From positions 15,872,001 to 15,936,000 of the forward strand of contig OZ024763.1 of assembly GCA_964016885.1 (NCBI GenBank): a stretch of DNA of 64,000 nucleotides. The letters run 5' to 3'. Shown here piece after piece: positions 1 to 11,865 of the stretch. This DNA comes from Eledone cirrhosa (taxonomy: Eukaryota). Made by a program: the position numbers and the translations under genes. Position 1 is the first letter of the stretch. Each line of letters opens with the position of its first letter. Below the pieces are notes generated by a model. That model saw nothing but the letters and a program-made list of their open reading frames with translations. It did no database searches and was not told the origin of the DNA.

Positions 1-84
1 ATATATACATAAATATACATATACATATATATACATAAATATACATATACATATATATACATATATATATATATATACATACTC

Positions 85-115
<31 letters not shown>

Positions 116-308
116 CGTATATATACATACATAGATATATATATACATACACATCCATATATATATATAAATATACATAAATATACACATTTATATATAT
201 ACATACACATATACGTACATTTATCTATACACACACACATATATTTATCTACACACGCACACACATTTATCTACACACACACACATATATATATACATAC
301 ACTCATGT

Positions 309-506
309 GAAGGCGCGTGGTTTAGTGGTTAAAGCGTTGGGCTTAAAATCGCGAAGTTGTGGGTTCGATTCCCAAACCGGGCGACGCATTGTGTCCTTGC
401 GCCAGACACTTTAGTTCACCTTGCACCAGTCCACCCAGCTGGAATAAAAAGAGTCGTGAAGTCTCTGGTGCCAAGCTGTATCGGTCCTTGCTTTTCCATT
501 GGACAT
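309..506 (+). mobile_element. tRNA-derived SINE (CORE-like central box)
   Basis: A box TGGTTTAGTGG and B box GGTTCGATTCCC, followed by TGTGTCCTTGCGCCAGACACTT resembling the CORE domain; flanked by AT microsatellite. Confidence 0.7.
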
Positions 507-518
507 TATATATAGGGC

Positions 519-940
519 GGTGGATTGGCAGTATCGGTAGAGGGTCGGACGCTATGCTTTGCAGCAAAGTTCCGTCCCTTTACGATCTGAGTTCAAATCC
601 CGCCGAGGTTGACTTTGCCTTTCATCCTTACGGGGTCGATAAAATAAAGTACCAGTAATGCACTGAGGTAATTGCTGGCCTTGTGCCTAAAGTAGAAACA
701 ATTGTATATAGTGGCAGTATCGGTAGAGCGTCTGACGCAAATCCCGTGGTCATTTGGATTGGCAGTATCGGTAGAGGGTCGGACGCCATGCTTTGCAGCA
801 TAGTTACGTCCCTTTACAATCTGAGTTCAAATCCCGCCGAGGTTGACTTTGCCTTTCATCCTTACGGGGTCGATAAAATAAAGTACCAGTAATGGACTGG
901 GGTAATTGCTGGCCTTGTGCCTAAAGTAGAAACAATTATT
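519..940 (+). mobile_element. two tandem copies of the dominant ~185-bp tRNA-derived SINE (Nin/Deu-like domain)
   Basis: TGGCAGTATCGGTAG (A box), GAGTTCAAATCCC (B box), TTTGCCTTTCATCCTTACGGGGTCGATAAAATAAAGTACCAG central box, and ...TAGAAACAATTATT tail; near-identical copies recur throughout the window. Confidence 0.85.
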
Positions 941-1244
941 TACCGAAGGGAGTCTTTACCTTTTACATCGGTCATATATATATATATATATACATATATA
1001 CAAGAAAGTACGTCCATAGAATCATTAGATAAAATATATACAGTATTTCCTCTCCCAATCAGCATAATTAACCACACAAAAAATCAATTAAACAAGGCTA
1101 TAAGTTTAAAAAGCACCTCTTTTTGGAAATATCCGATCAAGGATAAATTCACGAGTTTCGAAATCATCAGGAAACAAACTCAATTGGACAAAGATTTTTC
1201 TTAAATGATCCCCGCCAGAAACGATATATATATATGTGTGTGTG

Positions 1245-1530
1245 TAAAAGGTAAACAGAAATAACAACACAATCGGTACAGTTTATGGAAGGTATATATT
1301 AGGTTAACGCTTGATATAGTAGGAAGAGGGTCTTAACGTTTCGGACGCTAGTCCTTCATCAGAAGAAAGAATAAGAAATAAGATAGATTGAGGAGAAGGG
1401 CGGGATGGAATTGGAAAAAATGTCTTTAGATAAAAATAACAGGTCCATTCATGTTGACATCTCTTGCAAAACTGTTGGTGTTGGCGTTTTGTGTATGATT
1501 TATTTTTTAGAAAAGTGGATGATGGAGCGC
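1245..1530 (-). mobile_element. hammerhead-bearing non-coding element, family C (Penelope-like end)
   Basis: Close copies at 43122-43342 (-) and 52017-52305 (+); contains the minimal hammerhead at 1331-1366; 3' end abuts (TA)n/(TG)n. Confidence 0.7.
1331..1366 (-). ncRNA. minimal type I hammerhead ribozyme motif
   Basis: Minus strand reads tctt-CTGATGA-a-ggac(tagc)gtcc-GAAA-cg-TT-aaga: intact core, 4-bp helix II, palindromic AACGTT helix III, helix I tctt/aaga. Confidence 0.75.
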
Positions 1531-1539
1531 GTCTATTCT

Positions 1540-1998
1540 TCTTGTGACGCTAAACCCCGCCAGATGCAGACTGCGCTTCAACATAAGATATTTTTCTCCA
1601 CAAAGTTCGATCACCAACAGCAGAGTTCAGAGAGCAAAGATCAAGTCCAGTCCATAAGTTGACATTATCAAAGCCATCGTTTTGGCTGCCAGCCTCTGCT
1701 TCTCTTACCAGCCAACCTTCCTTCCAGGCATAAACCTACTCACACCACGAGTTGATCTTTTTATATGACCGTATAGTTTGAGTACTTTTGACTTGACAAT
1801 TGATGTAATTGGTCTAAGTTTGGTAATGTTGAGCAGCTCACTGATGCAGATGCTGTCACTGAGCCGCTTGCCAGTCATAAGTCTCATGATGTGGTTCTGG
1901 AATGTAGAGAGCTTCTCAAGTGACCTTGTCCTCGTCCAATTAACACAGTCAAGACCATATAACACAACTGGTAGGATGTAAGTATCAAAGATCTTAAG
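1540..1998 (-). pseudogene. RTE-type LINE 3' fragment
   Basis: Translates to LYGLDC..W...KLSTFQNHIMR...KLYGHIKRS...GKRSRG.QPKRW.DNV, typical of the RTE C-terminus; the same 3' end recurs at ~40270-40450 (+). Confidence 0.7.
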
Positions 1999-2010
1999 AC
2001 TTATATATAA

Positions 2011-2886
2011 TCTATATATATAAAACTGTGGTTGTCTGTCTGTCTATCGATTTTTGGCACACATCTCCTCTTAGAATCTCTCACGGAATTGCACCGAAAT
2101 TGCTATACTTGTACATTGAGCCCTAGCGAAGACATCGGAAAAAAAAATTTCAAATTGACCCACCCTATGTGACGAAATCGAATATAATGTATCGATTTTT
2201 GAGCGTAAGTTATCAGTTATTTCCCTTTGTTCTGTTTACATTGAGCGTCTTACGTAAAAAATTACGCTGGCTTTAACAGTTGTCGAGCCAGCAAAATATT
2301 GACCTGCAAAATTCATCAGTTCGAACACTAAGCTTCCGTTTTGCTTCATTTCCATTTAAAAGCATTTTAAAACAATATTTTTACTTGAAAACAAGTCTAT
2401 TTAAAGACTACGTAAAACAAGGAAATATTTCGTCGTTAGGCGTGCAGACAGACAGTCGTGCAGACAGACAGTCGTGCAGAGAGGTGATATACGCGTGCAG
2501 ACAGACAGTCGTGCAGAGAGGTGATATAGGCGTGCAGACAGACAGTCGTGCAGAGAGGTGATATAGGCGTGCAGACAGACATAACTGATAATTTGGTTAC
2601 GCTAATGTTTTTCTCTGCGTTGCAGTGTTTACATTTTCGATCTTTGTTAATAAATAACCAGTGCAGTTTCTATCCCCAGCATCCTCTTTTGTTATAACAT
2701 TGGGGTTATCGTTATGTTTTCTTAACTTCATAAGGCATATTGTTGGTTGAGGGAATATTAATCAAAAACACCACATGCAAGTCTGCACAGTAGACACTAC
2801 AGTTTTTAAGCCAAAAAAGAAACTTAACATGGTAACTTTAACACAGCTACTGAGCGACCCCGAGCAACGCCGGGCTTTACTGCTAG
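2011..2886 (+). mobile_element. non-autonomous Helitron
   Basis: Starts A|TCTATATATATAAAA with a (TGTC)n run and ends with the CCCGAGCAACGCCGGG hairpin plus CTAG|T; inserted in an AT dinucleotide with no TSD. Confidence 0.75.
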
Positions 2887-3094
2887 TATAATATAAAAGA
2901 AAGATGTTTATTGGTTGGTTGAATCACGAAAACTACACACACACACATCTAAAGAGAGAGACGCAGAAAGAGAGAGATACAATTAAAGTGTTAGATATTC
3001 AAAGAGAGAGAGACGTCCCACATCGGCTTAAACTATAGATTATGTATATATATATATAAACTATAGATTATATATATATATATATAAACTATAG

Positions 3095-3128
<34 letters not shown>

Positions 3129-3135
<7 letters not shown>

Positions 3136-3702
3136 ACTAGAGATTGATTAACATATAAATAAACATGAATAATCACAGGAGATAATTTTTACAAGTGTGT
3201 AAGCACACATAGCTAGGTAGGTAACTAAATAAAGTTGACCAGAACTTCAAAAATAGATACCTTATATGATTAATCTTCCCTGTATATATTCCATTATAGA
3301 AATATATTTCACCAATTAGTCAGAAGTGGAGACTTGGATTTTCAACAAGGAAGAAGTTCCTTGTTGAGAATCCAAGTCTCCACTTCTGACTAATTGGTGA
3401 AATATATTTCTTTAATGGAATATATACAGGGAAGATTAATCATATAAGGTATCTATTTTTGAAGTTCTGGTCAACTTTATTTAGTTACCTACCTAGCTAT
3501 GTGTGGTTACACACTTGTAAAAATTATCTCCTGTGATTATTCATGTTTATTTATATGTTAATCAATCTCTAGTTATTATAAAATGCTCGGACCTACTCGT
3601 TAGAATCTTAGAGCTTATTTTGCGGGTGATATGGCGCATGTCTTTCTGGCATGACACCCATAATTTTGATTTAGATTAAATTCATTTGATTTATCTTAAT
3701 TT

Positions 3703-3706
<4 letters not shown>
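3129..3706 (+). mobile_element. asymmetric fold-back element between (TA)n tracts
   Basis: Near-perfect ~220-bp inverted repeat (3129-3352 / 3357-3580) plus a ~125-bp unpaired 3' extension; possible ribozyme 3' half GAAATATATT at ~3399. Confidence 0.7.
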
Positions 3707-3749
<43 letters not shown>

Positions 3750-3951
3750 TTTGAGTATATGTTGGTTGTTTACCGACACCTCAGTATGCAGGTTGGAGCA
3801 CTCGACGAAGTACGCAGGTTGGTTTGTTTACTCCGGAGTAATGTAAATTAATTAAGTCAAATATGTAAAATTTGGTTTCGTTTATTACACATTTGACGGA
3901 GTAAAACACACTTCAACAACATGTGTACCTGTCCTTCCCACACCAATTCGG

Positions 3952-4006
3952 ACTGCCTGAAGAGGTCACAGCCAATGATGGCCGTCACCCAAATATATAT
4001 AGCAGT
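3952..4006 (+). ncRNA. degenerate type I hammerhead motif within element 3746-4070
   Basis: actgc-CTGAAGA-ggtcacagcca(atga)tggccgtcacc-CAAA-tatata-TA-gcagt; helix I actgc/gcagt; GAAA mutated to CAAA; related to the intact motif at 8143. Confidence 0.55.
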
Positions 4007-4178
4007 ATATCTATAATTTATAATAAACGAAGCCAAATTTTACATTTTTGACTTAATTATTTTAAATATATATATATATAACTATTAAGCTCTGTAACCT
4101 ACATAGAGCACTCTTTTTTCCTGGAAATTTCCGACGGAATTACTTCCTTTATATATATATAAGTATATATGTATATAT

Positions 4179-4370
4179 ATAGGAACAAGAATGACCCCGA
4201 CGGCAGAGCTCAAACCGTTTCGACGGCTATTTCTGGACTAAAAATAGTCCAGAATTAGCCGTCGAAACGGTTTGAGCTCTGCCGTCGGCGTCATTCTTGT
4301 TCCTATTACCCACTCTACTACCCTAAGTATTGAGTACTTTGGTGCGTTATGGTCCATCTTTCCTTCGTTA
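4179..4370 (+). mobile_element. fold-back element family D carrying a hammerhead 3' half
   Basis: Palindrome 4179-4306 centred on GACGGCTA.TTCTGGACTA-aaaa-TAGTCCAGAATTAGCCGTC, followed by GAAA-CGGT-ttgagctct-GCCG-TC; copies at 12045-12185 and 49684-49888. Confidence 0.7.
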
Positions 4371-4401
4371 TATATATATATATAACGAATATATAGGGGG
4401 G

Positions 4402-4581
4402 TGGATTGGCAGTATCGGTAGAGGGTCGGACGCCATGCTTTCCAGCATAGTTACGTCCCTTTACGATCTGAGTTCAAATCCCGCCGAGGTTGACTTTGCC
4501 TTTCATCCTTACGGGGTCGATAAAATAAAGTACCAGTAATGCACTGGGTAATTGCTGGCCTTGTGTCAAAAGTAGAAACAG

Positions 4582-4583
<2 letters not shown>
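4402..4583 (+). mobile_element. Nin/Deu-like tRNA SINE
   Basis: Full-length copy of the family at 519-940. Confidence 0.85.
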
Positions 4584-4674
<91 letters not shown>

Positions 4675-4790
4675 AACACAATATATAACTACTCCATTAC
4701 CAAAGGTTTCAGGACCCTAGACATTATTAACATATCCATATTTAAACATACATAGACATCTACGGTATATATAAACACAGGCACATCTAT

Positions 4791-5418
4791 ATACGAGGTG
4801 TGTCAGAAAAGAAACAAGACTGGGGCCGCAAGAACTATTTCCAATCCAAATTCCAAACAATAATAAATTTCCCCTTCGAAATAACCCTCCTCCAGTCTAA
4901 CGCACTTTCCTATCCTTCTCCGTCATACCCCCCATTGAAAGATTCTCCCGGGATTCTCCGTCGTCACAGACCTCTTGAAGGCTTCCACATACGGAAAACG
5001 TATCCCCTTGGTAACCCTCTTGAGCTTGACTCTTCCTAGCAAGTCAGGTTCGGTTTCAAGACACTGAAGGACACACCTGCACGAGCCGCTCCTTCGGGTC
5101 ATCGTTCAGCAGTTTCGGTAACATCATCGCGGAGATGTTCCGCATGCCCAAATCTCTCGGTGGTAATCTCCCAAACGCCCCCCGCGATTCACACCCAGCT
5201 CACTTGCAATCAGTCGAACAGTCAGACGACGTTCACCTCGGACCACCAGCCCCAGGCGCTCAACGTTGGCCTTAGTCCTGCTCGTTTAGGGCCTTCCGCT
5301 CAAGGGGTCGCCTTTCATGTCCCTCTTTGAACCTGTTGTGCTACTCGAAAGCCTGTGAGTGCCACAACATCGTCTCATCTCCGTACACTTGCTGCAGTAT
5401 TCCGAGTGCTTCTGACGG
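4791..5418 (-). pseudogene. mariner transposon remnant
   Basis: TA-CGAGGTGTGTCAGAAAAG terminal repeat at 4791. Minus strand gives decayed transposase N-terminal motifs (QQVYGDE...RFKEG...SGRP.TSRT..NVER...RRLTVRLIASELG; DLGMRNISAMMLPKLL) with stops. Confidence 0.75.
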
Positions 5419-5650
5419 TTGGATGGATGGTTGAATGTTTGGGTGGTTGTAAGGTTGTATGGCTGGTTGGATGGTTGAATGCTTGGGTGGTTGTAAGGTT
5501 GTATGGCTGGTTGGATGGTTGAATGCTTGGGTGGTTGTAAGGTTGTATGGCTGGTTGGATGGTTGAATGCTTGGGTGGTTGTAAGGTTGTATGGCTGGTT
5601 GGATGGTTGAATGCTTGGGTGGTTGTAAGGTTGTATGGCTGGTTGGATGG
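5417..5650. repeat. 44-bp minisatellite (~5 copies) grading into (GGAT/GGTT)n and (GA)n low-complexity sequence up to ~6310
   Basis: Unit GGCTGGTTGGATGGTTGAATGCTTGGGTGGTTGTAAGGTTGTAT repeated at a 44-bp period. Confidence 0.9.
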
Positions 5651-6095
5651 TTTGGTTTTTGAAAGACTAGATAGATGGATAGATAGTTGCCTGGATGGTT
5701 GGATGGTTGGATGGCCGGTTAGATGGTTGGATCGTTGATTGGTTAGCTGATTGATTGGTTAGATGGTTGATTGGTTAGGTGGTTAGATGGTTGATTGGTT
5801 AGATGGTTGGATGGCGAGATGGCTGACTGGTTAGATGGCAGGATGGTTAGATGGTTGGCAGGCTAGCTGGATGGTTGGATGGCGGATACATGGATAGATG
5901 GTGGCTGTATGGACGAATGGATGGTTAAATACAGATAGAGTGGGGAGAGGGAGAAGTGAGAAGGGGAGGAGAGAGAAGAAAAGAAATGAATTCAAGTAGA
6001 GAGGGGCAGAGAGAAGACAGAGAGAGAGAGAGAGTTTGTGTGTGTGAGAGAGAAAGAGAGAGAGCGAGTAGGAGAGAAAGAGAAAGAGCGAGTAG

Positions 6096-6161
<66 letters not shown>

Positions 6162-6410
6162 AGGCGGAGAGAGAGAGAAAGAGAGGCGGAGAGAAAAAGA
6201 GAGAGGGGGAGAGAGAGAAAGAGAAAGGGGGAGAGAGAGAAAGAGAAAGAGTGGGAGATAGAGAGAGCGGAGATAGAGAAACAGAGAGAAAGAAAAAGAG
6301 AAAATGGGAGATTTTTAATTAGAAAACGGATGTTAATTAAATTGAGTAATTAGATTTAGGAACCAGTTAACGCCTCTCACTCGCAATAGACGTCTTAACA
6401 CTAACTTAAG

Positions 6411-6460
<50 letters not shown>

Positions 6461-6461
<1 letters not shown>

Positions 6462-7590
6462 TTTCTACTTTAAGCACAAGGCCAGCAATTTTGGGGGAGA
6501 GGAAAGCCGATCAAATCGACCCCCAGTGTATTACTGGTACTTTATTTTATCGACCCTGTAAGGACGAAAGGCAAAGCTAAGCTCGACGTGATTTGAACTC
6601 AGAATGTAAAGGGCCATAACTCTATGCTGCAAAGCGTGGTATCTGACACTCTACCGATTCTGCCAATCCACCTTACAAATGAACAATGGTTTCTTATATA
6701 GGCACAAGGCCATTAATTTGGGATTAAATCGACCCCAATGTATTACTGGTACTTTATTTTATCGACCCCCGTAACGATGAAAGGCAAAGTTAACCTCGGC
6801 GGGATTTGAACTCGGAACGAAACGGGCCGTAACTCTATGCTGTAAAGCATAGTGTCTGACGCTCTACCGATACTTCCAGTCCACATTATAATTATAATAA
6901 TAATAACTGTTTCTACTTTTGGCACAAGGCCAGCAATTACCCCAGTACATTACTGGTACTTTATTTTATCGACCCCCGTAAGGATGAAAGGCAAAGTTAA
7001 CCTCGGCGGGATTTGAACTCAAATCGTAAAGGGACGTAACTATGCTAGAAAGCATGGCGTCCGACCCTCTACCGATACTGCCAATCCACTTTCTTTATTA
7101 GCCACACAGGGCTCACATTAAGGAGACATTAAAGACGGTACAGGACGGTACAGTGTGGGGGGGGGGGTTGTGTAAAATAGAATTTATAACAGAGACTAAG
7201 AAAATAAACATTTAAAAAAACAAACAACAACTTCCCCAAAGGTGAGAAGACTCCAAGGGTCACTCGTGGAGAAAGCCCACAAAAACCACGGTCACCCTGT
7301 CTGCTAGGGCAAGCGCCATCTCCCAGTTGTTCTCCCTCAATACTACAGGCACACGCTCACGGTAGGCCCATAATAATGGTTTCTTATATAGGCGCACAAG
7401 GCCAGCAATTTTGGGTGAGGGGAAAGTTGATTAAATCGACCCCACTGCTTTACTGGTGCTTTATTTTATCGACCCCCCCCCCCCGTTAAGATGAAAGGCA
7501 AAGCTAACCCCAGTGGGATTTGAACTCAGAACGTAAAGGGCCATAACCCCATTCTGCAAAGCATGGTGTCTGACGCTCCACCGATACTGT
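6461..7590 (-). mobile_element. cluster of four Nin/Deu-like SINE copies in (AAT)n, with an intervening LINE 3' fragment
   Basis: Copies at ~6461-6672, 6685-6882, 6907-7089 and 7376-7590, several bordered by (AAT)n. Confidence 0.8.
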
Positions 7591-7965
7591 AATAATAATA
7601 ATGATGATTTCTTTATTATATTTCTTTATTATAAGGATTAAATGATAAAAATAGTTTCTTTATTAGCCAAACAGGGTTTACATTAAGAGGACTATAAGGA
7701 CAGTACAGTGGGGGAGGAGGGTAGTGAGAGAAGGGGTTATAAAGAAGACTAAAAAAATATACATTAAAAAAAATCAAGACAAAACAAATTCCCCAAAAGT
7801 GGGGAAGATACCTCCGAGGGTCACTCATGGAGAAAACCCACAAAAAACCACAGTAACCTTGACCGCTAGAGCAAGTGCCCTCTTTCAGATGGCCTCTTTC
7901 TCCTCCAATTTACAGGTGTAAATCACTCGGAACATGCTCACCTCTCTCACCCACCTTTCAAGAAA
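7090..7965 (-). mobile_element. two related L1/Tx1-like 3' end fragments (~7090-7370 and ~7655-7965)
   Basis: Mutually similar; both end in ..GGCTAATAA(A)GAAA on the minus strand, and their organisation resembles the 3' UTRs at 22300-24130. Confidence 0.5.
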
Positions 7966-8142
7966 CTGGTTGTATTTTTATATACTCCGTGTTGAAATTT
8001 GGTGCTGTTTTCTCTCAGATGCTATCAGTGCCCTGAGAAAACGACACCAAACTTCAACACGGAGCATGTCAACTAATCGAAATCACAAAAGTAAGCTTTA
8101 TTCCATCGTTATGTTTTTCTGTTTTTTCTGTTCAAAATTTAG

Positions 8143-8199
8143 CTGTCTGATGAGGTCGTAGCTGTTGCATAAAGGTTATCACCGAAATATATATAACAG
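8143..8199 (+). ncRNA. type I hammerhead ribozyme motif
   Basis: ctgt-CTGATGA-ggt...ggttatcacc-GAAA-tatata-TA-acag; helix I ctgt/acag; palindromic helix III. Confidence 0.7.
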
Positions 8200-8711
8200 A
8201 GAATATGAATAAACGAAGTTAATTTTAACCTGTTGACTTACACTTCTTGCTTATTCACGAGACTGCATCAACCAACCAAATTTCACTCATATATGAAAAA
8301 AACAATTTGAGACAACCCCCCCCCCCCTTCTTTTAAAGAACTTTGTAACGCGAACTGGCACGAAATTTATTATACTTATTCACGTGACAGTCATCAACCA
8401 ACCAAATTATTTTTCTAAAAAACCTAGCATTTCGAGCCACTTTTTTCCACATAAAACAGAAGTAACCAAACCAAGTTACGGCCCTTGCCATTCTGAGTTC
8501 AAATCCCGCCGAGGTTAACTTTGCTTTTCATCCTTACGGGGTTGATAAAATAAAGTACCAGTAATGTACTGGGGTAATTGCTGGCCTTGTGCCAATGGTA
8601 GAAACAATTATGTAAAATCTTCCTCTTTTACCTCATTTCTCTCCGTTTTAGGGCACTTCTTTTCAGGTACTCCGCGTTTGGGTTTTTAGAGGTTGGCAGG
8701 TCTGCTTATAC

Positions 8712-9040
8712 TACACCCCCAGCATTCGCGGTCCCGGTTATTCGCGGAATCCCGGTTATTCGCGGGATTTTCCTTAGAGCCTAACTAATTGCGGAATCGT
8801 AAATATCTTCTGCGATTTTATTTTATGTTGTTTTTTTTCGTGGCGGTATATATATTTTTTAACGCTTTATTTGCCGGCTTATTGGACACCCCTTCGTATA
8901 AGACGTTCCCTTTTTTATATTTTACATTATATTTTGACGTTTACAAGCATTTTTAGGGACCGCGTCAAATATTCGCGGTTTTTCGCTCTTTGCGAGTGCC
9001 CGAGGAACGTAACCCCCGCGAATACCGGGGAACAACTGTA
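8712..9040. mobile_element. pogo/Tigger-like MITE
   Basis: Imperfect terminal inverted repeats (CCCCAGCATTCGCGG / CCGCGAATACCGGGG..CTG-TA); related fragments at ~12218-12400 and ~48165-48334. Confidence 0.65.
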
Positions 9041-9223
9041 AAGTTATAGGTATACACCTAGAGTATATAAGTCTAATAATTTATTAATTGAAGTATCAAC
9101 AATCATAAGATTAACATTAATAGAATATATTAAGAAAAATAATACAAATATTCTGTAAGCTTCATTCAGTAATAAAAATATCAATAACAAGAAGAAAGTC
9201 TCAGTTACTAAGAAGCTAATAAC

Positions 9224-10096
9224 TTAACCCTTTAGCATTCACATTACTCTATATATACTATTATATTTTCATGGTAAAGGCTTTACCTCACATAATATCT
9301 CACATAGCATTCACATTACTCTATATATACTATTATATTTTCATGGTAAAGGCTTTACCTCACATAATATCTCACATAACATTCACATTACTCTATATAT
9401 ACTATTATATTTTCATGGTAAAGGCTTTACCTCACATAATTATCTCACATAACATTCACATTACTCTATATATACTATTATATTTTCATGGTAAAGGCTT
9501 TACCTCACATAATATCTCACATTACATTCACATTACTCTATATATACTATTATATTTTCATGGTAAAGGCTTTACCTCACATAATATCTCACATAACATT
9601 TACATTACTCTATATATACTATTATATTTCCATGGTAAAGGCTTTACCTCACATAATATCTCACATAACATTTACATTACTCTATATATACTATTATATT
9701 TTCATGGTAAAGGCTTTACCTCACATAATATCTCACATAACATTCACATTACTCTATATATACTATTATATTTCCATGGTAAAGGCTTTACCTCACATAA
9801 TATCTCACATAACATTCACATTACTCTATATATACTATTATATTTTCATGGTAAAGGCTTTACCTCACATAATATCTCACATAACATTCACATTACTCTA
9901 TATATACTATTATATTTTCATGGTAAAGGTTTTACCTCACATAAATATCTCACATAATATCGAAGCTATGAGATTTTGAAAGTATTTATTTTGAGAACAA
10001 TACCTTAACATCAGTTTGAGTGACCAGTTATAGCCAGTTTCAACAGAAGGAGGTGGAGAATTCTGGCCGGTTTTGGTCGGTTTGAACGTTAAAGGA
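9224..10096 (+). mobile_element. piggyBac-like MITE with an internal 72-bp tandem expansion (~10 units, 9238-9958)
   Basis: Begins TTAA-CCCTTTAGCATT and ends GAACGTTAAAGG; same family as 50486-51193. Confidence 0.7.
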
Positions 10097-10375
10097 AACA
10101 TTGTTCCCTCGGTCCGATTTGACGAAAGTCGATCGTTCCTTTATATATATATAGGGTCCGGGAAAGTATCAACACATATATTTTTATTGTTTGACCCGAA
10201 TTACTTGGTCGTTTTGATTTTGGCTGTGCGGATGATATGTTTAACCATCATCTCAGTGCGTTTGGCCCTTAACGTATGTTGTAGCTCTGATTCATATGAT
10301 TCATCGAGCGCTTGCCACACATATCGGACTTGATTTTCGTTAATTCCTGAGCTGAAAACGATTCTCGCTAATTTA

Positions 10376-10432
<57 letters not shown>

Positions 10433-10440
<8 letters not shown>

Positions 10441-10867
10441 AGATCAAAAGATGGTTAAAGGAGTTCAATATATTTTATTATGCGCATTTCAAAAACAAAC
10501 ATCATCAAACAATAATATTTGTGTTTTCATCAGATAAAACAGGAGAACATGATATGAAGGCTAAAAAAACACTTGTTGATAGTGCAGTTTTAAATCAACA
10601 TATATGTTGATATGTTGATTTAAAACTGCACTATCAACAAGTGTTTTTTTAGCCTTCATATCATGTTCTCCTGTTTTATCTGATGAAAACACAAATATTA
10701 TTGTTTGATGATGTTTGTTTTTGAAATGCGCATAATAAAATATATTGAACTCCTTTAACCATCTTTTGATCTTATATTATGCATACTCCAGTCCCACAAA
10801 CTGTAGAGTGCTTCTTATCCGATATCTGCATTGCTTTATTGTACTACAATAAAACTCACCTCCTACA
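10433..10867 (+). mobile_element. fold-back element family A with hammerheads on both strands
   Basis: ~170-bp inverted arms (10433-10603 / 10611-10780) plus a 3' extension, between (TA)n tracts. Confidence 0.8.
10674..10740 (+). ncRNA. type I hammerhead ribozyme motif (mirror copy at 10473-10539 on -)
   Basis: ttttat-CTGATGA-aaacacaaatatta...tgatgtttgttttt-GAAA-tgcgca-TA-ataaaa; palindromic ATGCGCAT helix III. Confidence 0.8.
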
Positions 10868-11425
10868 TATATATATATATATATATATATAAAAGAAAAT
10901 GAGTCTTTTTTCCAAAATGAAAAAAAAAACGAGATGTCCTACACGAGTGAAAGTATAAGGAAAAAAGATGAAATCGAAAATGCAACTGGAGTCTTTTTAA
11001 GAATATTTATTGTTTCCTTTACCGGTTTAACAGTTCTTATGCTTTTCAAAAGTAGAATTGAGATGGAAAGAAAACATGCGTTTGTGTTTATGTTTATGAC
11101 TGAGACGCGAACGAGGCAGCAAGTTCTTATGATGCCTCGCCTCCTCTACCCAGTGATAAAGCACCGAATTTAAACGTGTGTATATATATATATATATATG
11201 CTGTTTTCCCAACCTTCGGTTTGCTTTTCCTTCTGTTGTTTACTTGTCTCACTCGCTTTACGCGTTTCACTTGTCCCAATAGCTTATTTTAGTTATTGTT
11301 CGCACCAACCTGAGGTATCTGATTTTTAATGCGATGAAATACCAATGATGGTTGGCAAATCACTGATGAGGGACTAATTTTATAATATGTAATCCATGTG
11401 CAACCAGTATTCTTCTCCTCATGTT

Positions 11426-11457
<32 letters not shown>

Positions 11458-11611
11458 GGTTTCCCTGTTTTATTGATGGCATACACACTCTCTCTCTCTA
11501 GTGTGGTACCCTTACTACATATTGTATTTTAAAGGGCTCAGCATTCCTTTTCCTTTGAGCACATAATTTACAGGGAATAACGAGAGTCTATGGCTCCGTT
11601 AATTTATCTTG

Positions 11612-11680
<69 letters not shown>

Positions 11681-11683
<3 letters not shown>

Positions 11684-11865
11684 GTTTCTACTTTTGGCAC
11701 AAGGCCAGCAATTACCCAGTGCATTACTGGTACTTTATTTTATCGATCCCGTAAGGATGAAAGGCAAAGTTAACCTCGGCGGGATTTGAACTCAGATCAT
11801 AAAGGGAAGTAACTCTATGCTTCAAAGCATGGTGTCCGACCCTCTACCGATACTGCCAATCCACC
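11681..11865 (-). mobile_element. Nin/Deu-like tRNA SINE
   Basis: Full-length reverse copy. Confidence 0.85.

Noticed and set aside
309-385. tRNA gene
   Set aside because: A and B boxes are present but there is no clean cloverleaf, and it continues into a SINE body; the same applies to 63229 and the Nin/Deu-like heads.
3386-3410. complete hammerhead CTGACTA-attggt-GAAA
   Set aside because: The core deviates (CTGACTA) and neither helix I nor helix II can be formed; kept only as a possible 3' half.
9271-9979. 228-aa and 163-aa repetitive ORFs
   Set aside because: By-product of a 72-bp tandem repeat inside a MITE; the frame shifts between units.
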